This document shows, piece after piece, positions 50,698-61,300 of a stretch of DNA of 64,000 bases; position 1 is the stretch's first letter; each line of letters opens with the position of its first letter. Origin of the DNA: Polyangia bacterium (lineage in GTDB: Bacteria; Myxococcota_A; Polyangia; JAAYKL01); NCBI GenBank assembly GCA_050287845.1, contig JBNKCR010000098.1, forward strand, positions 96,001 through 160,000, given 5' to 3'. The translations under genes and the position numbers were made by a program. The notes under the pieces are model-generated. The model saw only the letters and a program-made list of their open reading frames with translations, searched no databases and was not told the origin of the DNA.

Positions 50698-51981
50698 TCA
50701 CAGTTCCATGTGCAACACGGAACAAACGTTATTGACAACTTTCAACTTGCGAATGCTTTCAAGCGCATTTTGAAACTGGCGTTCTTTTACTGAGTGGGTC
50801 ATGATATTCAATTCGGCATTATTGGTTCCAACGTTTCCCTGCTTTACCAGGCGAATACTGACATCATTGTCTCCAAATACGCGACTGATTTCGGCAAGCA
50901 CACCGGATTCATCCTTCACTTCGAGACGTAGATAGAACTGGCTCTCGATTTCGCCAATGGGCAGTAATTCTTTATGGCTGTTGCCAAAATGAAGCGCTGC
51001 ACTGGTCTGATGAAAATCAATGGAACGGGCGATTTCCACCGCGTCTCCCATGATGGCTGACGCGGTCGGTAACTCACCTGCACCTCGGCCATAAAACATT
51101 GATTCGTCAACATTTTCACCGTCCACAAAAACTGCATTGAACGAGCCGTTTACCGATGCCAGAGGATGTGCACTCGGGAGCATCACGGGATGAACGCGCA
51201 ATTCCACTTTTTCTCCGTGCGAAACACCGACAGCCAGCATTTTAATGACATAGCCGTATTCTTTTGCAATTTCGATATCTCTTTTGGATATTGAGGAAAT
51301 GCCTTCTCGGTAGATTTCGTTAATATCAAAAAAATGATCAAATACGATTGTCGCCAGAATGCACAGTTTATACGCAATGTCATGTCCATCAACATCTGAC
51401 GATGGATTGGCCTCGGCGTACCCGAGCTCCTGTGCTTCTTTCAGCACATCACTGAATTCTGCGCCTTCCTGATACATTTTGGTGAGAATATAATTGGTCG
51501 TCCCGTTCAGAATGCCATAGATTTTACGGATAGAATTGGCTGCCAGTGAACATGTTAAAGCGTTAATAATTGGAATACCACCACCGGTTGATGCTTCGAA
51601 GAACAGATTGACATTGTTGCTCCGCGCCAGACTGAGCAGCTCCTCACCTCGTTTGGCGATCAGCTCCTTGTTGGCGGTGATAACGTGTTTCTTTGATCGG
51701 AGTGCCTGTTCAATGATTGTCCCCGCTGGATTCACGCCTCCAATGACTTCAATCACAATCTGAATGTCCGGATCATTGACAATGTCCATTGCTTCGGTCG
51801 TGACTTCGAATCGTGTGCTGTCAATCCCCGGTTTTTCAGCAAAATTCAATTCAGCAACTCTGGAAAGCATTAGAGCTCGGCCGCATTTTTTCGCCAATAG
51901 CGCCGCATCCTTTTGCAGTATCCGCACAACGCCAGTGCCGATTGTTCCAAATCCGATGACTCCGATTTTTATTGGTTGCAT
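50698..51981 (-). CDS. hom: Homoserine dehydrogenase with C-terminal ACT domain
   Basis: GFGTIG, HVITANK, EASTGGGIP, GILNGTTNYIL, GYAEANP, YGRGAG..PTASA. Confidence 0.96.
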   Translation of the reverse strand: MQPIKIGVIGFGTIGTGVVRILQKDAALLAKKCGRALMLSRVAELNFAEKPGIDSTRFEVTTEAMDIVNDPDIQIVIEVIGGVNPAGTIIEQALRSKKHVITANKELIAKRGEELLSLARSNNVNLFFEASTGGGIPIINALTCSLAANSIRKIYGILNGTTNYILTKMYQEGAEFSDVLKEAQELGYAEANPSSDVDGHDIAYKLCILATIVFDHFFDINEIYREGISSISKRDIEIAKEYGYVIKMLAVGVSHGEKVELRVHPVMLPSAHPLASVNGSFNAVFVDGENVDESMFYGRGAGELPTASAIMGDAVEIARSIDFHQTSAALHFGNSHKELLPIGEIESQFYLRLEVKDESGVLAEISRVFGDNDVSIRLVKQGNVGTNNAELNIMTHSVKERQFQNALESIRKLKVVNNVCSVLHMEL

Positions 51982-52302
51982 TCATATCTCCTGTTGTCAG
52001 TATCTGGTGGACATTTGTCTTTATCACATAGAATCCGAAGTGGCAAGACGCAACGCTTTGTGTCAAAATTTGTTTTTTTTTTCAATGCTATAAGTTGTTT
52101 TTCTGATATGAATTCAGAAAAAAATCGGCTTATTTGAAAATATATTTAAATGCAGCAAATGGGCTTGACAATATACCGCATTGCGGGATATTGCGACGTT
52201 TTGGAATTTTAAGCAGAATATGCTTTAAATTTTTTTTAAAAATTGTTTATACTGCCGCATACGAAAAAATATGCGATGGTAGTTTACGGAAGGGATATAT
52301 AC

Positions 52303-52551
52303 ATGGCTGTGAAAATTCGACTGACGCGTAAAGGTAAAAAAGGAAAACCTTTCTACAGAATCGTAGCTACCGATGAACGAAGCCCGAGGGATGGACGTTA
52401 TCTGGAAGTTCTGGGAACATATGCGCCCACCGTGGAACCTGCCCAGGTGAATTTGAAAATGGACAGGGTAGACTATTGGAAAAAGAACGGTGCTCAGGTG
52501 AGCCAGACCGTCAGCGAGATAGTCAAACGTCAGCAAGGGCAGAAAGCATAG
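52303..52551 (+). CDS. rpsP: 30S ribosomal protein S16
   Basis: [11 protein letters not shown]...PFYRIV...PRDGR..E.LGTY...GAQ. Confidence 0.97.
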   Translation: MAVKIRLTRKGKKGKPFYRIVATDERSPRDGRYLEVLGTYAPTVEPAQVNLKMDRVDYWKKNGAQVSQTVSEIVKRQQGQKA

Positions 52552-52700
52552 CAATTTATAGCCGGCCATAAAAAAAGCCCTGTGTTTGTCGCCTCCATCA
52601 CAGGGGGGTCGCGCTATTTTGGGGGGGCATAATTTGCTATCAGTTCGAAAGAACTATTGTGCGCACTGGCGCGACGAATGTTGATGTTGGAGGTACTGAT

Positions 52701-52937
52701 ATGTCGACAAGTGAATTAATCGAGTATATGGCTAAGGCGTTGGTAGACAATCCGGATGATGTTGTTGTTCGGGAAATTGAGGGCGAACAGTCTTCGGTGA
52801 TTGAGTTACGGGTGGCCAGGGAAGACCTCGGAAAGGTCATCGGTAAACAGGGGAGGACAGCTCGCGCAATGCGCACTATTCTGAGTGCTGCGTCAACCAA
52901 GCTTCAAAAAAGGTCAGTGCTCGATATTATTGAGTAG
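52701..52937 (+). CDS. khpA: KH-domain RNA-binding protein KhpA
   Basis: [25 protein letters not shown]; canonical position between rpsP and rimM. Confidence 0.93.
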   Translation: MSTSELIEYMAKALVDNPDDVVVREIEGEQSSVIELRVAREDLGKVIGKQGRTARAMRTILSAASTKLQKRSVLDIIE

Positions 52938-52943
52938 ATCATT

Positions 52944-53504
52944 TTGAGCCAGGAAGCCCACAATCCAGAAAAAAATCCTCACTCAGTTGAACTTGGCAGA
53001 ATAGGCAGGCCTCACGGTGTGCGGGGCGAAGTTCGATTGTTTCTCTATAATCCTGAATCTGACCTGATTGGTTCGCTGGACACGGTTTTTCTTGTTCATC
53101 CGGAAAATGGTTCAGAGTCCCAATATAAAATCCGATTCGTCAAGGACGGTGCCCGTTTTCACATATTGTCGCTGAAGAATGTCTCCAGCCGAGAACAGGC
53201 ACAGGAACTCAATGGACTGGTGGTGCAGGTGCCCCGGGACAATTTGCCGGAACCGGAAGACGGCGAGTATTACGTCGCGGATTTAATGGGGATGGCGGTA
53301 ACATGTGATGGGCAGACGATAGGGACCATTGTGGGCAGCCGGCCCCAGGGGGGGATAGAGGTGGTCAGCGTGGAGAACGCAACCCGGGAAATTCAGATTC
53401 CGCTGGTGGACGAGTACATGGTGAGAATGGATTTTTCTTCGCGGATGATGGAAGTGAGAAATATTGAATTTCTGCCAGTTTTCGAATTTTCCCGGAAAGG
53501 ATGA
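52944..53504 (+). CDS. rimM: 16S rRNA processing protein RimM
   Basis: GRIGRPHGVRGEV, REQAQEL.G, GEYYVADLMG, IPLV. Confidence 0.93.
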   Translation: MSQEAHNPEKNPHSVELGRIGRPHGVRGEVRLFLYNPESDLIGSLDTVFLVHPENGSESQYKIRFVKDGARFHILSLKNVSSREQAQELNGLVVQVPRDNLPEPEDGEYYVADLMGMAVTCDGQTIGTIVGSRPQGGIEVVSVENATREIQIPLVDEYMVRMDFSSRMMEVRNIEFLPVFEFSRKG

Positions 53505-54238
53505 TGATGTATCGTTTTATTCTGGGAACACTGTTTCCGGAGCTGTTTGAAACTTTCGTGCAAACCAGTCTCATTGGCAAAGCAGTTGAAAAGCAGTTAC
53601 TCGAATTTAATTTTTTGAATGTGCGGGATTTTGCAACGGATCGACACCGGACAGTGGACGACACGCCGTATGGCGGTGGTCCGGGAATGGTGATGATGCC
53701 AGAGCCAGTGTTGAGTGCGTTTTCGACATTGCCCGATTGCCACAAGGTATTTCTTTCTCCTCAAGGGAGACCCTTCGCGCAATCCGATGCCAGTCGTCTT
53801 GCAGAACTGGATAGACCGTTGCTGCTGTTCTGTGGTCGTTACGAAGGGCTTGATGAGAGAGTTGTTGAATTTTTCGACGAGCAAATCAGTATCGGTGATT
53901 TTGTTCTGAATGGCGGTGAAGTGGCGGCGATGGCTGTTATTGAGGCCATTTCGCGGCTAATCCCGGGAGTGATCGGAAAAGTGGATTCAACGATTGAAGA
54001 ATCTTTTTCGAACGGATTACTGGAGTATCCGCAATACACCCGACCAGAAGAACTTGTCGGCAAACGCGTCCCCGATGTGCTGCTCTCCGGGAATCACAGG
54101 AAGATCGCAGAATGGCGACGAGGGCAATCGTTACTGCGAACGTATCTGATACGGCCAGATTTATTTGATGCGTTCAAGATGTCGGACACCGATAAGCAGC
54201 TATTTGCGACCGCGCTGAAAGGATATACAAAAGAATGA
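53501..54238 (+). CDS. trmD: tRNA (guanine37-N1)-methyltransferase
   Basis: VDDTPYGGGPGMVM, LSPQG, CGRYEGLDER, SIGDFVL.GGE, LLEYPQYTRP. Confidence 0.97.
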   Translation: MMMYRFILGTLFPELFETFVQTSLIGKAVEKQLLEFNFLNVRDFATDRHRTVDDTPYGGGPGMVMMPEPVLSAFSTLPDCHKVFLSPQGRPFAQSDASRLAELDRPLLLFCGRYEGLDERVVEFFDEQISIGDFVLNGGEVAAMAVIEAISRLIPGVIGKVDSTIEESFSNGLLEYPQYTRPEELVGKRVPDVLLSGNHRKIAEWRRGQSLLRTYLIRPDLFDAFKMSDTDKQLFATALKGYTKE

Positions 54239-54801
54239 AACCGGAAGTTCACATCTGCCTCTTGCACTATCCCGTTGTGAATCGCTCAGGAGAAGTTGTT
54301 GCCACTGCGGTGACAAATCTGGATATTCATGACAACGCTCGCAGCGCCAGAACGTATGGTATTGCCAGTTATCACGTAATAACCCCTCTTGATGCGCAGA
54401 TTGAGTTGATTTCGCGCATCGTAGCCCATTGGCAGGATGGTTATGGTGCAACGAGAATTCCAAGCAGAGCGCTCGCGATGAACCTGATTCAAATCAGCAG
54501 ATCACTTGATGATGCAATTGCAACAATTGTGGGTGACCGCACCGTTAACCCAGTTCTGATTTCGACCTGCGCCAGGGATATGGGCCAGGAACATACGTAT
54601 CGTCAGCTCCGTGAACGCATACAGGAACATCCCGAGGTTCCGTATGTGCTTCTATTCGGTACAGGGTATGGACTGTCCGACGAAGTGTTGCAACGTTCAG
54701 ATGTGATGCTGGAGCCCATCGGCACACCATCCGACTGGAACCATCTTTCCGTACGAAGTGCGGTTGCCATTACCCTCGATCGCCTCCTTGGCGAATACTG
54801 A
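54235..54801 (+). CDS. SPOUT-family RNA methyltransferase of the type commonly found after trmD
   Basis: LLHYPV, TAVTNLDIHD.AR..RTYG, LFGTGYGL, NHLSVRSA.AI.LDRL. Confidence 0.85.
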   Translation: MKPEVHICLLHYPVVNRSGEVVATAVTNLDIHDNARSARTYGIASYHVITPLDAQIELISRIVAHWQDGYGATRIPSRALAMNLIQISRSLDDAIATIVGDRTVNPVLISTCARDMGQEHTYRQLRERIQEHPEVPYVLLFGTGYGLSDEVLQRSDVMLEPIGTPSDWNHLSVRSAVAITLDRLLGEY

Positions 54802-54931
54802 CGCAACCGAATACATCGATTGAGGCGTGCAGAGCCGTATATGGTCGTGGATATTCACGAGGGCAATGGCCATGTGATGGAATGAACCAAGGTGATCGGT
54901 GGTGAGAAACCATCGGAGAGATTTCGATGCT

Positions 54932-55321
54932 CTATACCGTGATTTCGATTCGGTTGCTTTCAGGATCGAGAACCACCGATTCGTAGTAGCCGTCGCCGGT
55001 CAGTCTTGGGCCATCCAGAACCCGATAGCCGTCTGCTTTCAGTCTGGCGGTCAATGCCTCAACGCTTTCTCTGGAACCGACAGAAAACGCCAGGTGGGCA
55101 AAGCCAACCCATTCAGCGCTCTGGTCCACTTTAACCGCTTTCACATCCTGGCGATGCATCAGTTCCAGACGGGCACCTGCAACGCCGCTCAGGAAGTAGG
55201 AAGAAAATCCCTTGGCCGCATTAATGTACTTTTTGTTTGGTGTGAAGGAGAAATACGTTGTGTAGAAATCTCTCATCGTTTCAATGTTTTCTGTCCAGAT
55301 GGCAACATGATTGATTTGCAT
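54932..55321 (-). CDS. VOC/glyoxalase family protein
   Basis: INHVAIW, RLELM, HLAFSVGS, GPRLTGDGYYESVVLDPE.NRIE. Confidence 0.9.
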   Translation of the reverse strand: MQINHVAIWTENIETMRDFYTTYFSFTPNKKYINAAKGFSSYFLSGVAGARLELMHRQDVKAVKVDQSAEWVGFAHLAFSVGSRESVEALTARLKADGYRVLDGPRLTGDGYYESVVLDPESNRIEITV

Positions 55322-55346
55322 AAATCCCCTCAGTCGATAATGCGTG

Positions 55347-58300
55347 TCACGCGGTCTTTCTGGTTTCGCCTGAAGTGTCCGGGGTATTCGGGATCAACGT
55401 TTCGCAGATGAGGCGCAACAGTTGCTCCCGGCCGGCGTCTTCATGGAGAAAAAGGTGTCCTCCGGGAATGAGTTTCAGTGAGAACGAATCGGTGAAATGT
55501 TTCCATTCGGTGAGCAGGTTCTGCGAGTAGATATGGTCATTGGTTGCCGCCACTGCTGTAATCGGAGACTTGAGTACAAAATGTTTGGGCACCAACCGCT
55601 GTCTCGTGATTTCGAGATCTGCCCGTAAAGAAGGCAGCATGGCCGCAAACTGTTCGGCGTTGTCAATCAGTTCTGACGGTGTGCCGATACGTCGGAGTAG
55701 CGATTTAATCTGCTCCGCAGACTGGGTAAGTGTCCCCTGGGAATCGGTGATTCTGAATTCTTTTTCAAGTGGGTTCTCCACGCCTGGCGGAACCGATGCG
55801 CCGATGAATACGTGAGATGCCTGTTTGCTCAGTTTTCCTTCCAGCAGCATCGCAAGACTCAACGCGATGTTTCCTCCGTAACTGTGACCGTAGATGGCGA
55901 AGGGAATATCGAGCAACGGCAGTATTCCTTTGGCCATCTCATCCAGAAGACGTTCACCGTCGGTGATTGGTTTTTCATTCGCGCGGTCTTCCCGTCCGGG
56001 GAGCTGAATAGGGCAGATTTCTATATCGGATGGCGGTCGCCAGCCTGAAAATATTGAAGCACCAGCTCCGAGATACGGCAGGGTGAATACCCTGAATTTC
56101 GGCTGGCTGCATCGGTTAACCGGCTTTGCCCAAATGTTTTCTTTCCTGATATTTTCAGACTCTGCCGTGACCTCCGGCAACAGAGATTTTTCAATGTCTT
56201 CAGTCAGTTCGGATAGTTTGGGACCCTGCATGAGTTGCATAAGCGACAGGGTGAGACCGGTCTGTTGCGCCAACGCGCTGCGCAGCTGGTTGGACATCAG
56301 TGAGTCCATTCCCATCCGGTCGATAGGGGTTTCAAAGTCAATCCGGTCTCGGTCAATCCCGAGAATCTGCTCCATTGCTTCCGCCAGCATCTTCCGAATG
56401 ATTGCATTACGCTGTCTGGAATCGGCGAACATCAACTGCTGTCTGATGTCTCCGGTATCTGCATTGTTCTGTTGTGCGGCCAATTTGTCGCGGATAGCAC
56501 CCATCTTTTGCGATGATGCCAGTATGGGAAACGCATTGCTCAGCTTTTGCCAGTCGAGACGATACACGCCCATGGTGGCGTGTTTTTCGATCATGATTTT
56601 TTCCAGCGCAAAAAAAATGTCCGAAATCGATATGGGTACCCAGCCACTGTGGTTCAGGTAGTCCTGAAGACCCTCATGTCTTGAAACAAAGCCGGTTTCG
56701 GTCAGTGGCCCCAGATTAACTGTTGTGGCGGGCATTCCCTGTGAATGGCGCCATCGGGCGAAATCGTCCAGAAATCTGTTGGCCGACGCATAGTTTCCCT
56801 GTCCGGGAAATCCATACAGAGAAGATACCGAAGAAAAAGAGATGAAGAAGTCGAGTGGAATCTCCCGGGTGACGTTGTGCAGATTCCAGGTACCGGCAAT
56901 CTTGGGTTGCAACGGACCGAACATTTGCGCCGGTGTCATGTTATGCAGAAGCGCATCATCGAGTATCATGGTTGACTGAATGATACCCGCAAGGGGCCAG
57001 CCGATACGATGCACTTTATGAACAAGCTGCTGCACTGCATTGAAATCGCAGATGTCCACCATATGGGCGGTTACATGGACACCTCGATCCTGAAGCTTTC
57101 TGACCGTGTCAAATTCTTGCGATCCGTGCAATCCGCTTCTGGAAACCAGCGCAATTTGTCTCGCACCATGGTTCGCCAGAAAAATCGCTGTGGCCAATCC
57201 CAGACCACGGGTGCCACCGGCTATCAGATAAGTGGCATCATCCCGCAGCGTCAGCGTATCAGCGGGATGAACATGGACCGGTCCTGACTTGAGAACAATT
57301 TTGCCATGATGACTTCCGGACGCCATCCATCGCAATGCCTCGGTGACTTTGTGGAACGGGAACTCGGTTACCGGCAGTGACGGCCACCCGGCAGTTTGAA
57401 GCATATCAAGGGCATCGCTGAGCAACGCAGACATGGTATCTTCGGAAAGGGCCAGCAATCGGTCCACATCCAGCACATGGTACGAAATATTGTTTGCCAG
57501 ATGTCTGATACCGATGCGTTTGTCGTCGTACAGGTCCTTTTTGCCAATCTCAATGAAGCGACCCATGGGCGACAGCAGTTTGAGACTTTGTGTGATGTGG
57601 GGGCCGCTAAGAGAGTTCAGAATGATATTCACTCCAGCCTCGTCGGTATCATTCATTATGTCGCTGAAGTAGCTGGTATCTCTGGAACTGTATATATGTC
57701 GGAGTCCCAGATTTCGCAGTATCCCGTGTTTTTCGGGGGCAGCCGTGGCAAATACCGTGGCGCCTGCATTCAGCGCGAAATGAACGGCGAAAAGACCAAC
57801 CCCACCCGCCGCGGCATGAATGAGGACACGACTGCCGGGACGAATGCCTGCCAGATGAAAAAGGGCGGTATACGCTGTAAGGGCGGCCATCGGGGTTGAT
57901 GCCGCTTGCTGCAAATTTATGCCGTCCGGAATATGCCGGACCAATGCTGCGCTGGCGATGGCTCTGCCTGCAATGGCGCACGGCGCAATGGCCATCACCC
58001 GATCGTCTTTTTTAACGTGGGTGACGTGGCTGCCTGTCTGCGCGACAATACCAGAACACTCCAGACCAAGGCCATGACCGAAAATCCCGCCAGTAATGGC
58101 TTCCTCCGGGAGCATTCCGCTTGCAATCATGACATCCCTGAAATTGAGACCAGCGTACTGCACATCAATGGCCACCTCATCCCGTGCAAGGGAACGGCCG
58201 TCAGAGGGTTTGAAGTTGCATTGCGAAATTGTTCCCGATTCCACCGCATGCAACTGAACGGTTTTACCTCGAATGTCCGCCATTGCGGAGGCCGCGTGAA

Positions 58301-61300
58301 TTCTGTCGGACTTTGAAACCGGATGCATGCGGACGGCGAATCGCTCACCCGACCTGAACACCACTTCATTGTCTTTATGGTCCGCGTGGAGCAATTCGTC
58401 CGCCAACCGGGGGATATCAAATGGACGGGAGGCATCCATATCAATCAGCTTGACAGTGATTTCTGAGAGTTCGTTTGCCATCACCCGGCCCATCCCCCAA
58501 ACCGGTGACTGAGCAATGTTCGGTGTAGCAGCGTGTATACCAGTGGTGATGATGGACAGAACCACCCGTTGCAACTGCTTTTGCACAACGAGCGATGAAA
58601 TGGATGTCAGCTCCACCAGAACCTGTTCCATTTCGAATCGAGCCCCGGATTCGAATCCCACCATGGGAGAAATATCCAGGGGGCGGGTGATGAGAATCTG
58701 CGATGGAAGTTCTGAATCGGAATCGAACAACGTACCGAGCGAAGCCAGCGTATCCGGATGATACCGATAGGTGTTTCTGTCGATTTGTTCCGTCCGATCC
58801 CCGGCAATGAAACAGACCACCTTATCGCCCCGTTCCCGCATTCTCGCTGCGAAAGCGTCACCGTGCCCGGAGTGATCAGAGAATATGAGCCATCTGAATG
58901 CCTGCGTATTCAGCTGGGGAACCGGTATATCTGCAGACGCCCGCGCGCAAAAAAACGTTTGCCCGGGCCAGTTGCTGTCGGGAACATCGCAACACCCGAA
59001 CGCCTCCGTGAATCCGCTCGCTTTGATGGTTTCAATCCACTGGTCACGGTCAAGGACGCAATGGTTTTTTCGTCTATCGTCGTTGAAGCGCCACCAGCCA
59101 TCGGTCATGCCAAAGGTGAGATTTACATACAAGGGGACGGACGTGACTTCAAGGATGCAGAGAACACCATTGTTCGCCAGAAGTGATCGTACATTGGTCA
59201 GCGTCTCGCCAATGTCTGCTGTTGCGTGAAGAACGTTCGCTGCAATGACGATGTCATAGCCGTGCGCCGGCTGTTTCTGATTCTGCGGGGGCAATTCGAT
59301 ATTGAGAAGCGCATAAGACATCATTGGTCCGTAGTCAGAAAATCGCTCCTTCGCACGTTCCAGAAAAGTGGGCGAAATGTCGGTAAAAACATATTCAACA
59401 TTTCTATCCTTCAGTATTGGCAGAATGCCTCGCGTAATTCCCCCTGTGCCCCCACCGATTTCAATAATGCGAATTGTGTTCCGATTGTCTGTGGTGAGTA
59501 ACGAATCAATGGCGCGGGCGATGGTTCGATTGTATTTATCCATGGAATATGCAGACGAATAGTAGTCGACAATTTCGTCCCATCTGGATTCAGCGAACAA
59601 TATCTCCGATGGGTCTGTTCTGCCGGTGAGCACTTCCGCAAGTGACTCTCCCACTGGGATAAAAAAATCAATTTCCCGCTTGAATCCGGCGAGATCACCC
59701 TCCATTCGCTTGCGGATATGCCCGGTATCCGGTATCGGATTGACCCCCGGATTTACCGTGTACTCGTTTTCAATCCGACGCAGTATGCCCCGTTGGACCA
59801 GTTCATTCAGAATAAATGAGAACAACTTTCGTTTGTTTTCGATTATTCCCATTTGGTCTGCGAGTACCGTTTCCTGAAAGGTGGTTCCTGGAATCAGTGG
59901 TATCCTCAATGTATGGAATGCCTTGACGATGTATGCCAGCGCAACATCGTCCATTGCTGGTCCGAGCGTTTCCAGCATCGGCAGATACAATGGTTCTTCT
60001 TTTAACGTCTGAACGTAGCTGTCCGTGTGCGTACGCACATCGCCCAAATCATGAAGATACGTTTCGGGGTTTCGTTGCAGTAATTGCATCGGGAGCGAAA
60101 CGCTTTCGAGAGACTCGACAAAAAACAGCGAATCCTGCTCTCCTTCTACTTCGCCTCTGGATCCCTTTAAATACTTCCCCTGAAAATTCTGAATCTCCGC
60201 AACAATTGACCCATTCTCATTGAAAATCCAGATGTCCACCAGCAACAGGTCGGTATCGTTGCCCAATGTACGGGGGGCTTTCCCGCGGTGCTGTGCACCA
60301 TTTCTGCGGGCACGGGCATATGCGTAAATGACATCGCCGGCCGGTGCGCCATAGTACTTCACCCTGCCAATTTTTCTGGGAATGTATACCCCCATATTCT
60401 GTCGTTCTTCGACAATGCCGAATGCGCATTGAAAAGATGCATCGAGCAGAGCCGGATGAATATTGAATTGATGAAGAAGCGGCTTAATGGAGGGATGAAT
60501 CCGGATTTTTCCGAGTGCTTCTCCGTTGCGTCTGTGCAATGTTTCAATGCCGCGAAATGTGTCACCCAGTACCAGTCCGCCTTCGTGCAGCGTGGAAAAC
60601 AGGGACGTCAGGTCCACTGGCTCATCTATGCGTGACTTCAATACTGCAAGGGTGACCGGGGTGCTGTCAAATCGGTCGCCAATATGATTCAGTTTTCCTC
60701 TGGAGTGTATGCTCCAGTCGTTTCGGGGAGATTCGGCGTCGCATGAACTGATCGAGAATGCACCATCATCGGTATCGATATGAATTTGAACCCGGTAAGG
60801 GATTCCGTTCTCTTTAACAAACAGCGGTTTCATGAACTCGATATCTTCAACAAAACCGAACGCATCACCAAATGAAATCCGTCCGGCGGCAATCGCCAAA
60901 TCCACATGTCCGGCACCGGGATATACCAGAGGTCCCTGGACCCGGTGATGCATTATGTACGGGGCGCTCCGCGCATCGAGGTCAATGTTGACTGTGACAT
61001 CGTTTGGGTTGTCCGCGGCAACACTGACGTTCTGTATGTGATGGTGTTCACGGCATCCCTGTCGATCTCTTCGGGCCGATGCGGATTCCCGCCAGAAGCG
61101 TTCCCGCTGCCATGGATAGTGGGGAAGGGGAACCTTTACCTCTGAAACATTGGCGAATACGGTATGCCAGTCGATGTGAACTCCGCTGGCGTAAAGCATT
61201 CCAAGTGAACGGCAAACTGTCAGCTTCTCATGGTCTTTTCTGCGCAGACTGGGCACCACTATTCCATCGATTCCGCTGGCATCGATTGCTTCGCGGATAC

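Noticed and set aside
54832..54880. GAGCCGTAT resembling the start of group II intron domain V
   Set aside because: The rest of the domain V/VI consensus is absent and there is no RT/maturase ORF.
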